Part shown: in pieces, positions 1 through 8,166 of the stretch
Layout: each line of letters begins with the position of its first letter
How positions within the stretch are numbered: the first letter of the stretch is position 1
DNA from: Paraphysomonas bandaiensis
Lineage: Eukaryota > Protista > Chrysophyceae
Reading direction: 5' to 3'
Assembly (NCBI GenBank): GCA_965644295.1
Contig: CBFFRP010000082.1
Span: 1-9,505 of the forward strand
DNA: 9,505 nucleotides
Made by a program: the position numbers and the translations under genes
Notes under the pieces: generated by a model
What the model was told of the DNA's origin: nothing
Database searches by the model: none
What the model saw: only the letters and a program-made list of their open reading frames with translations

Positions 1-20
1 TTTAATTGGTAATAACGTAA

Positions 21-152
21 AAATTATTTTGAATAGAATAAATTATTTTGAAAAAATATTTTGAATAGAATAAATTATTTTGAAAAAATATTTTGAATAG
101 AATAAAATATTTTGAATAGAATAAATTATTTTGAAAAATTATTTTGAATAGA
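21..152. repeat. AT-rich composite tandem array: 8 units with core TATTTTGAA, in 19-bp (AAAWTATTTTGAATAGAAT) and 13-bp (AAATTATTTTGAA) forms
   Basis: Units start at 21, 40, 53, 72, 85, 104, 123 and 136, in the order 19/13/19/13/19/19/13/partial. Read directly from the sequence. Confidence 0.92.
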
Positions 153-325
153 AACTGGCATTTTGGCACTGGCTTTTTATAACATAAACTATATAATAAA
201 TTTTACATCATCACTACACCATCATCATCACGATCATCATCACTGTTACAACACCATCATCATCACCACCACAACTGGCATTATGGCACTGGCTTTTTAT
301 AACATAAACTATATAATAAATTTTA
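153..325. repeat. 53-bp direct repeat (153-205 and 273-325) flanking a 67-bp CAT/CAC-rich spacer
   Basis: AACTGGCATT(T/A)TGGCACTGGCTTTTTATAACATAAACTATATAATAAATTTTA occurs twice, 120 bp apart, with one mismatch (163 vs 283). An inverted copy of its core CTGGCATTTTGGC (155-167) lies at 355-367 (GCCAAAATGCCAG). Confidence 0.93.
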
Positions 326-495
326 TTTTATAACTTTTTCTAATTTTCATAAAAGCCAAAATGCCAGAAAGCCAAAAAGCCAAAACTATATTTTTATTTT
401 ATTATAAGATAATTATTTAATATTATATAAAGTAATTAATTTTTATTTAAAGTATAGTATTATTAATATTATTATATAAGATAATTATTATATTT

Positions 496-537
496 AAAGA
501 TAGAGTGGAAAGGAAGAAAGATAGAGTGAAAAGGAAA
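496..537. repeat. 21-bp purine-rich tandem duplication
   Basis: AAAGATAGAGTGGAAAGGAAG (496-516) followed by AAAGATAGAGTGAAAAGGAAA (517-537). Confidence 0.85.
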
Positions 538-539
538 GA

Positions 540-563
540 GTAATAAAACTAAAGTTTTATTAC
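540..563. other. Perfect 10-bp-stem hairpin
   Basis: GTAATAAAAC-TAAA-GTTTTATTAC. It is followed by smaller palindromes GAGCC-CTTCT-GGCTC (571-585) and CTAAGC-G-GCTTAG (597-609). Confidence 0.85.
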
Positions 564-2530
564 GATACGAGAGCCCTTCTGGCTCAGGAAGAATGCCTAA
601 GCGGCTTAGAGCGGCCCCCTTGCCCCGCCCCCTTTCTGTGTGTCTCAGCTTATATTGCCTAATCTCTCCTTCGAACACCTCTCTAAAAAACTGAATCACT
701 TCTTCTTTAGTACGCTGGTTTACGCCTTTTACCCAGAACATCCTACTCGGGTGATGAGTTAGTTTGATCACGTAGCGCTCATCACCTCGAGCGGGAGTAT
801 TCAGAAATACTTGCACATCAGCCGATATGTCCGGCTTGACATCCGTATCCTCCTTTGTGTGAAACGAAACTCTCGTAATCTTTGATCTGGCACATATGCT
901 ACAGAGACAAGATTTTTTTAATGCAGTCTTCGATAGGTGCTTCCTCTGCAGATTTGAGCCAGTGAACAACATCCTTCTATGTGCCTCCGTTAGAGCCCCT
1001 TTGTTGAAATGGCCCATTCTCCTATGCAGCAGTTCCAGCTCGTCCTCACCAGTCCTATCGCTAAGATTTACTTCACAATTACTCGGTGTAGACACATCTG
1101 GAAGCTCCAACAGCTGCTGAGTTGGAACTGCAGTCATTCCATTCTTCATGGGTCCCTCCAGTACCAGCTCACCGGTATTACAGTCATAAATTTGGATCCC
1201 ATACCACACCGTGAATCGATAGCCCATTTCGTTCAGCTTACGTCCGGAGCACAGGCATCGATTGATCTGATCTGAAATTTCTATGTCTCTCCATGCTCCA
1301 CGGGAACCCACACTTGTGATATGAATCTCTGATCCCTTATTAGATCCGTTTATCACCTTTGATGTATTCATATGAGTGTCAAGCATGGTCACATCATTCA
1401 TTAAGAACATTGATGATGAACAGCATGTATCTATGTATGTATAGTGTTCAGCAGTACCAATCATACAACATGTGTCACTTTTATCATATATATCAACAGC
1501 ACAGTCATAAAGCATATTCGCTTCGGACTCCGAGTCAGACTCGGTTCCTCCTCTGCGGATATTCTCGAATGTGAAAACCTTCCCAGATTTCTGGGGTTTC
1601 TTGGTCTTTCCAGTCGAATTTCGGGGACATTCGTTCGCGCGATGGTTTTTGGATTTGCATACTCTGCATCCTGTATATTCCTTACTGCCCGGTCTTTGTC
1701 CCTTCGTTTCCCCCTTTTTCTTCCTACATTGTTCTGTATTATGATTGTGTATTATACCTTTCTTCGAGCAATAAGTGCACTTCCTCTTTGTAGATACTCT
1801 CTCTTTCTTTCGAGGCTTTTCAATATGATTCAGCTCCTCCGTGCTCTTGCGCTTCTTCTCTATGATTTTCCTCCCATACTTGGTGTCGTCGAACTGTTCG
1901 ATACGTTTGGATAGCAATTCATATGGTACATCATCGGGCATTAAATACAGGGCATAATTCAAACCGTCATATTCATCACTGATAATTCCCTCCTTCAGCC
2001 TACTAATTTTTGATTCTTCCGTTACCGTTTGGTTATGCGCCTGAAGTTCACGAAGAAGCAGCTCAAAACGCAGTACATACTCTTTCGCGGTCTCCCCTGG
2101 CTTCATCTCGAATGATCCAAACTGAGCAAGCAGAGCACTAATCTTGTTTTGTGTTCCCCCTTCAAAACACGATTTAAGAGTGCTAACCATCTCTCTGGCG
2201 CTGAACTTATTAACTCTTCCTTCAGCTGCCTTGAACTCCTTGTGCTTCAGATGAAACTTCTGCAGCGCCTTCGGAGATCGCTTCACCGCCTCTCTGCAGT
2301 ATGAGTAAGCAATTGCATTCGCCTTCCAATACTTGTCCACCGCTTCTTTGTAGGACTTGGTCTCAAGACTATTCAGGGGTTGAATTCCGAAATCCTCTTC
2401 CTCTGGTGGCCTTTCTAGAGCCACCTCACTCTGCTCCTTTCTCATAAGGAACGTCTCAAAGTCTTCGATCCATTGTTCAACGTTGCTCTCGTCGAACCAT
2501 GGAACATCAGCTCTATCCTCCTTCTCTCCT

Positions 2531-2545
2531 CCGCATTCGCTACCA
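2531..2545 (-). promoter_or_regulatory. Primer-binding site (TGGTAGCGAATGCGG), probably for initiator tRNA-Met
   Basis: Directly abuts the LTR end …TCAACA. TGGTAGC is complementary to a tRNA 3' end …GCUACCA, implying A73 and U72 as in eukaryotic initiator tRNAs (A1:U72). The exact PBS length is uncertain. Confidence 0.7.
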
Positions 2546-2675
2546 TGTTGACTAATGACCATTTTCAGATGATTAAGATCGTTGTAAGAGAAGTTTAAGT
2601 TAGTCAAACTAGATAGATTACTTTATTATGATTGTATACACAATTGTGTGTGTTGTCATGTAACACATGTCAACA
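2546..2675 (-). repeat. Candidate 5' LTR, 130 bp
   Basis: Bounded by a perfect 7-bp inverted repeat TGTTGAC…GTCAACA (TG…CA rule) and immediately followed by a TGG-starting PBS. Contains AATAAA on the minus strand (2622-2627). No second LTR is available to confirm the outer boundary. Confidence 0.72.
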
Positions 2676-3351
2676 ACATGATAAATTATTTCGTTCATGT
2701 CAACCACTGCTCAACTTCCGTATCTTGAATCGTCATGATATAATACTTCAGTTTCACAGTTATAGCTATATAGCACCTTTGACTATTGACTACGTATTAC
2801 TGTTTTTCACATTGTATTTAACGTATTCTACAGTACTATCTTAGAGAACCATACGTATTCCAACACAAACGGTAAAAAATGCCGAAATATATTGAGTTCG
2901 TAAAATTGTAATAGATATCATAAATATATGGTCGAGATAATCCGATTTTCCGAACATTTTATTGTTCGGCCAGCCCGTTATACGGTGATCCAAATATTCG
3001 TAAAAGTGGGGGATTTTTGGATAATCGTTATGCAACAGTGGTGCTACGAACTAAATAACTTCGCTCAATGTTCTGATATCGCACATATATATGTTGAGGT
3101 TTCTCCTAACTCCATTTACAGCACTATTGGTATATACTATACAATACTAGCCTTAGCGTAATGAATATCATTGTATCAGGATGTACGTAGTGTTTCTTGC
3201 GTATTGGTTATAATTCAATTACTGTTATACGCCTCAAAGGTCAGCTCACAATCCTTAGTTAGTTTAACTTAGTTTCCAATTTTAAGTTTTCCCATTCATT
3301 GTTGCGCATTTTTCATGGACTGGTATAAATATGACGACAAAGCCATTTTAA

Positions 3352-5229
3352 TTATTGTCTGAACATAGCGGAGCGCAGTCGGTTAAGGGCTGCGGCAATC
3401 TCGTATCTCCTCGGAAGGGCATAGTTACCCACAAGTCTATCAGGACTCAATGCATCTAATCCCATCCGAGAAATTTGGGAATCATATATATCTAACAAAG
3501 ACGCAACTGTAGTGCGGCCATTTTTGCTGATGTGTGACTGCAGGAGACGCAGCGCATCTGCAATGGCTCTAGTCTGGCTGATGTCTGCTATTTGTTCCAC
3601 ACAGGATAAATCCAGCTCCAAATCACCCATCTGCACTAGCGATTTATTTCGTACTGCTACTTTACCCATATCTCTGGGCAAAACGGAATCCACAATCCTC
3701 GGGGTAACATCAGGAAAATTCCACGATGCTTGCTCTTCAAGGACACGTTGTTTCTCTTGTGTTAAGAACTGTGCAGAAATTTCTTTCGCCTTGGTTGTAA
3801 CATCAAGGGGAAGGAAGTTATCCATCGTAATAACACGGTCTGCTACATCGAAAAACTCTCCGCATCCTCCAATCACAAGTATGCACGAAACTCCTTTTGA
3901 AGCCATACTACGAACACGTGATATTAGGGGCCGTATGGGCTCCCTATCATTGCTGACTAGTAGCTGCATCCGCTCATCCCTAATCATGAAATTCGTGGCG
4001 CACGTGTCTTCATCCAATATTAGTGTCCTAGATCCCGACTCCAATGCCTCTTGTATATTTGCTGCTTGGCTAGTGGAACCACTCGCATCACGAGATGAGA
4101 ATTCAGTTGTACTTTTGTCATAAGGTAGGTTATTTATAAACGGGCTAATATCCACCCCCATTACGTATCGTCCATCTTCAGCACGTATTTTAACAGCATC
4201 TTTAACAGCTACCACCATCTCACGACCATCACCTGGAATGTGATTGTACACTCCATGCTCTATAGCATTGAGAAGGGTACTTTTACCATGAAATCCTCCA
4301 CCCGTTATTAATGTAACTCCTCTAGCAATCCCCATGCCCTTCACAGTGCCTCTATGAGGAAGAGACAGCTGCACTTCAAGAGACGGGGGGGACATAAATT
4401 TCACTGCCTCAGAGCCCCTCATTGGTGTATCACTTGCACCGGATGAACGAGGCAAAATACTATGGTTGGCCACAAAAGCGATAAGGCCTAATGACGACAA
4501 CTGGTCTCGCGCATATTCTGCGTCTTCCACACACTGCACATGATCATCAAGAGCTTTACTATCAATTGATGTGAATACTAAGGCTTTATGAACATAGAGA
4601 GGTAGCATATCAATGAGAGATTTGTGAGCCATTTTCCCCATCACGGAGCGCCCTTGCGCAGGAAGGCCAATAGTAAATCGAGCTTCGATATATTCTTCAT
4701 TGAGCATGACTGCTGAACGTTCTAAAATTTGTTGAGACGGTTTATCGACAGTCATATCACCACCTTTCGCACCATGCCAGCCCCCTGAGCCTTGTCGTAC
4801 GTCTCCACCAGCCTGGCTAACGGCTTCAGCGAAACGACGAGCAAAAAAATCTCGTGTTGCCACTTCACAAGTCTTGTTGCCAAAATACCTTGGAGGAATT
4901 CGAGATACAGAATGCTTAACTTGCACACGAAATTTACTCGGACTAGCATATGCATCTCCTTGGACGTGATCAACAAATAGAGTGAACTTGTTATCATAAT
5001 TCCATGCGCCCAACAGGTCTTTATAACAAGGGTACTGTCGGCCATCAATACGGCGCAATATATCACTCAATTCCTGAGAAGATCCCACGCTTGCACCGCG
5101 ATTTCTATCCCTGTCACCGTCTCTGTCATCTCTCTGTCGATGGTGTGAATTGTCATCTCTATCTCTATCTCTGCCTCTGCCTCTACCTCCATACTTGGCC
5201 TTATAATACGCTCCCCTTCCACCACTCAT
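3352..5229 (-). CDS. ABC-class ATPase (COG3044 / ABC_ATPase family, trypanosome MRB1590-like), 625 aa, intronless
   Basis: Walker A GGGFHGKS (4279-4302), Walker B LILDED (4006-4023). Family motifs HVQGD.YA.PS, LPRSSGASD.P, KIRAEDGR, ASGSTSQAANI.EALE, DEDTCATNFMIRD.RMQ and C-terminal PRRYEIAAALNRLR. Start is ATG 5229 (MSGGRG) or the in-frame ATG at 5307; the track start at 5349 is GTG. Confidence 0.93.
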   Translation of the reverse strand: MSGGRGAYYKAKYGGRGRGRDRDRDDNSHHRQRDDRDGDRDRNRGASVGSSQELSDILRRIDGRQYPCYKDLLGAWNYDNKFTLFVDHVQGDAYASPSKFRVQVKHSVSRIPPRYFGNKTCEVATRDFFARRFAEAVSQAGGDVRQGSGGWHGAKGGDMTVDKPSQQILERSAVMLNEEYIEARFTIGLPAQGRSVMGKMAHKSLIDMLPLYVHKALVFTSIDSKALDDHVQCVEDAEYARDQLSSLGLIAFVANHSILPRSSGASDTPMRGSEAVKFMSPPSLEVQLSLPHRGTVKGMGIARGVTLITGGGFHGKSTLLNAIEHGVYNHIPGDGREMVVAVKDAVKIRAEDGRYVMGVDISPFINNLPYDKSTTEFSSRDASGSTSQAANIQEALESGSRTLILDEDTCATNFMIRDERMQLLVSNDREPIRPLISRVRSMASKGVSCILVIGGCGEFFDVADRVITMDNFLPLDVTTKAKEISAQFLTQEKQRVLEEQASWNFPDVTPRIVDSVLPRDMGKVAVRNKSLVQMGDLELDLSCVEQIADISQTRAIADALRLLQSHISKNGRTTVASLLDIYDSQISRMGLDALSPDRLVGNYALPRRYEIAAALNRLRSAMFRQ

Positions 5230-5383
5230 TGTACGGGAATACTTATGCGGGTTAATAGTTGATATAAAATAGTGCTTAACACTCAAACGTGACAAGCAAA
5301 CACACATACAATACCAGTGAAGTGAAGAGCATGAAATCTGAAAGAACACATCCTTCTGTCACCCATACCATACCTACCTACCT

Positions 5384-5604
5384 ATACATACATACATACA
5401 TACATACATACATACATACATACATACATACATACATACATACATACATACATACATACATACATACATACATACATACATACATACATACATACATACA
5501 TACATACATACATACATACATACATACATACATACATACATACATACATACATACATACATACATACATACATACATACATACATACATACATACATACA
5601 TACA

Positions 5605-5634
<30 letters not shown>
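5384..5634. repeat. (ATAC)n / (TACA)n tetranucleotide microsatellite, ~63 perfect copies
   Basis: 251 bp without interruption, preceded by (TACC)3 at 5371-5382. Confidence 0.99.
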
Positions 5635-5635
<1 letters not shown>

Positions 5636-5730
5636 CGGAATGAAGGAGCAGCAGATTAGTGCAGCCGTTAATTGTCTGTAATCCTGAATTGAGTTGAGTA
5701 TTGTCATCATAATTGATATTGATTTAGAAA

Positions 5731-6854
5731 ATGAGAACTTCCAAGCGCCCTTTGCAAGAGTTGAACCGAAATTCCGTTCGTTCGCCACCTAGGTATGACA
5801 CTCTTTGTTCCTCTATATTGCTTTAGACTGTTCGCAGCAAGCTGACCAGAATTGAAAAGCGCATTGCAGTGGACAAGTCAGCAAAGAAACTGCGAGCTGC
5901 AGAATTCATTGACAAAGCAGTACAGAAGGAGAAACTTGGTGATGTTTCAGCTGCATTAAATTTTTATGAAGATGCTGCAGACTGTTTGCCAGAAAACACC
6001 CAACTGAAGGTCTCATGATTTGCATGTATATATGTTGAAGCGGTTAATGTTTACTTTTACTATAGGAGAAAGTTACAGAGCTGCAAAAGAGATTTGATGA
6101 GTCTGTTGTTTTTACTGCTGCGAACCGAATTCAAAAGTCCAAAGAAATGGAGTCCACTATTAATAACATAATTTCAAAGGTAACTTCTCTATTGTTACAG
6201 AATTCAATAACCCTACTATTCTATATACAATTACATCAATTGCATTCGATTATAATATGTGTGTAATGCTTGCACTATAGCGATCGCGCAAACGTGTAAC
6301 CGCTGACCAGAAGAAGACATCAGCAGAAACTGAAATGAGTCAAAATGACATCGACATGCCACTGGACTCTACTGATTATGAAAGTCTAGCTCCTGAATGT
6401 AGCAATGAATTTGAACCACGCCAATCGTTGTTATCAACTGTGTCCACAGAAAGTGCAGACAGCAATATGTATTCCCGTGACGCAATGATAGAGAATTTAC
6501 AACAGAAGACTGTTGCGGCATTGGAATATCAGCTGTTTGACAGACTCAATAATGGGGACTACGATGAGGTAAGAGTGTTTTATGTGTAGAGTAACTTTTG
6601 TATCGAAAATATGTTAAGTCACAGATGACATGGTATTATTCCTTTTGTTTTACTACCCTTAACGCACTTTACAGTTACTTGAACTCAATATGATTGGACC
6701 CGCTCGTGCAAAGTATATATTGGAGGTTCGAAGCGAACATGAGAGTGATGCTCCTTTCTTTACCTCTCTTGAACAGTTGGAGGAGATTGGAATGAAGCCG
6801 AAGCAATGGCAGGGATTTTTGAAGAAGAATGTACTATTCTTATCTGGTTTGTAG
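5731..6854 (+). CDS. Spliced gene, ~271 aa: N-terminal TPR/MIT-like helical hairpin, acidic/Ser linker, C-terminal helix-hairpin-helix DNA-binding domain (KIF22/Kid-tail or ComEA-like)
   Basis: Exons 5731-5792, 5838-6009, 6066-6179, 6281-6568 and 6675-6854, with GT-AG introns of 45, 56, 101 and 106 nt, give an open 816-nt CDS. Motifs: AVQKEKLGDVSAALNFYEDAADCLPENTQLKEKV and LNNGDYDELLELNMIGPARAKYILEVR…FTSLEQLEEIGM. The first exon and start are the least certain part. Confidence 0.8.
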
Positions 6855-7526
6855 ATGGTTGTAGATAATTTACAACCGATTACTAGCACATAGCCATCAA
6901 TGGTATAAAACTGCTTGAAGTGGTGTTATAATGATGGTAATGAAACTTAATTTTGCATAGCTACGCTTTACACTTTATTCTTAACAAATGTCTAGTGCCA
7001 AGGTACTTTCTTTGATCGAATACTTTCTAAAAAATAGTACAGGTGTAACATGGACATACCTTTCCGACGTATTGTGCTAAATTGTACGTTTTGTGAACCT
7101 GCGCGCTCGTGATAAATACAGACAAGATGTACTACTACTTAGTACACGTGGTTAATAGAGTATTATTTATCCTTGACAAAGGGCTTGGGTTTTTCTATTC
7201 ACTTGAGTAGAGTAAAAATATTTGTGGTAGAATAGCTGAATAGCTAACACGCTAACACCAAGACACTGAACTCTAATGGACTAAGTTATTCAATATTCGG
7301 ACGAAATAATACAATAGATTGTAGTAGTAATATTGTCACTTATCCAACAGTGTGTTGAAAATAGGTCGTCACAGTGACTTTTTCACCATAGTACTACTTG
7401 TTAGTAAATATTAGGCGACGAAAAATTAAATTGTATTTGGAAACTGGGGGCGTGAGAATATGAATATTATTGATCTAGCTGTTTGAACATATACATCTTG
7501 GTATCATAAGTACCCGAACTATCTCT

Positions 7527-8166
7527 TTACGCAACACTACCTTCACTTCCACTGTCGGCATCACCATCACAGTCTTCATCATTAATGAGCATACTCGAGT
7601 GTTTTACAATCGCCCTGAAAATGTTGCACACGATACGGTTAACATATCGCAATTACACATAACACAAATGCAAACGTACTTTCCGATGGCACCTATCCAG
7701 CCATCTTTTTCCCGTTCTGAATCGGCGTACATATATATCACTTCGTTGCTAGTGCTGATCTCCAGTGCATTTCTTTTCCTTGTTTTAGCTTCTGCCGACT
7801 GCGCACCATGAGTTCGAAAAATAAATTACCGAACAGTCTTACCTTGACAGAAATACAATCCACAAGATCTATCATACCGTGTGGGGCAGTGGTGGCCGAC
7901 TATACGCAACAACGAGATATACTATTAATTAACTCATAGTGTACATTTATATTTTATCTTACCTTAGAATAGAATACTTTCGATCCCTTGAGAATAAAAT
8001 ACCTCTTCCTCCATTCTTCATAAGCCCATATTTTAATATTAAAGTGTGTAGTTAATATCTTCGTACCTCTAACCCAGCGGCTCTGTTTACATAAATATCC
8101 TTCATAATCAGCATCGTTGGTGTCCCAACGCACACCCTTGGGGTCCACAAAGGCTCCTCGACTCAT
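7527..8166 (-). CDS. Small stand-alone pleckstrin-homology domain protein (AtPH1-like), 138 aa
   Basis: Exons 8166-8067, 8015-7963, 7899-7843, 7798-7680 and 7614-7527, with GT-AG introns of 51, 63, 44 and 65 nt, give 417 nt. Protein: EGYLCKQSRWVREWRKRYFILKGSKVFYSK…PHGMIDLVDCISVKSAE…YMYADSEREKDGWIGAIGKAIVKHS, then an acidic tail. Confidence 0.93.

Larger units (their letters stand above)
1..639. mobile_element. Putative terminus of an unidentified AT-rich element interrupting the copia integrase
   Basis: Integrase-like sequence stops at ~640 (…KLRH). It is replaced by a GC-rich ~75-bp tip, then non-coding AT-rich DNA with tandem, direct and inverted repeats. That this is a mobile element is inferred; the other end is outside the window. 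Confidence 0.45.
472..2562 (-). pseudogene. Copia Gag-Pol polyprotein, truncated in the integrase core; the last ~55 codons (472-639) are read-through into foreign DNA
   Basis: First ATG is at 2562 (the track start at 2607 is TTG). Motifs: Gag N-terminal-like VPWFDESNVEQW; UBN2-like gag segment (FEMKPGETAKEYVLRFELLLREL); Zn knuckles at 1726-1779 (CX2CX8HX4C) and 1627-1668 (CX2CX4HX4C); protease YIDTCCS (~1420-1431); integrase HHCC (LHRRMGH 1009-1026, CSIC 892-903); first catalytic Asp in ISADV (817-819). The second D and the E are absent. Confidence 0.88.
640..2675 (-). mobile_element. Ty1/copia LTR retrotransposon, 5' portion (LTR-PBS-gag-protease-partial integrase), interrupted or truncated at ~640
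   Basis: Integrase directly follows the protease, which is the Ty1/copia domain order. An LTR-like segment and a PBS lie at the 5' end. No RT/RNase H, PPT or 3' LTR is present in the window. Confidence 0.92.

Noticed and set aside
206-272. Poly-His-like CAT/CAC coding stretch
   Set aside because: The triplet phase shifts twice and there is no surrounding ORF; it is a degenerate simple repeat.
153-325. Repeat-spacer-repeat resembling a mini CRISPR array
   Set aside because: Only two 53-bp repeats, a low-complexity 67-bp spacer, no cas genes and a eukaryotic context.
472-639. C-terminal ~55 aa of the 711-aa ORF as a real domain
   Set aside because: Read-through into foreign DNA; the repeated PFHSIF comes from the 21-bp duplication.
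896-1914. Plus-strand ORFs of 71-156 aa
   Set aside because: Antisense shadows of gag-pol with no recognisable motifs.
2632-3161. Short ORFs 2632-2844, 2841-3035 and 2928-3161, and a 7-bp hairpin at 2950-2969
   Set aside because: No motifs or consistent splice model were found, and the hairpin is short enough to arise by chance. A decayed element cannot be excluded.
3512-5255. ORFs overlapping the ATPase (203, 104, 62 and 83 aa)
   Set aside because: Antisense or alternative-frame by-products of a long conserved CDS.
5289-5788. HTYI / MYVC repeat ORFs
   Set aside because: Translations of the stop-free TACA microsatellite.
3352-6854. Prokaryotic operon or defence system (ATPase plus ComEA-like protein)
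   Set aside because: The genes are divergent, the HhH gene has spliceosomal introns, and adjacency alone shows no functional link.
6659-7811. ORFs 6659-6889 (-) and 7599-7811 (+), and RNA genes in the 6855-7526 intergenic region
   Set aside because: The ORFs are antisense to well-supported exons; no tRNA cloverleaf or other recognisable ncRNA was seen between the convergent genes.
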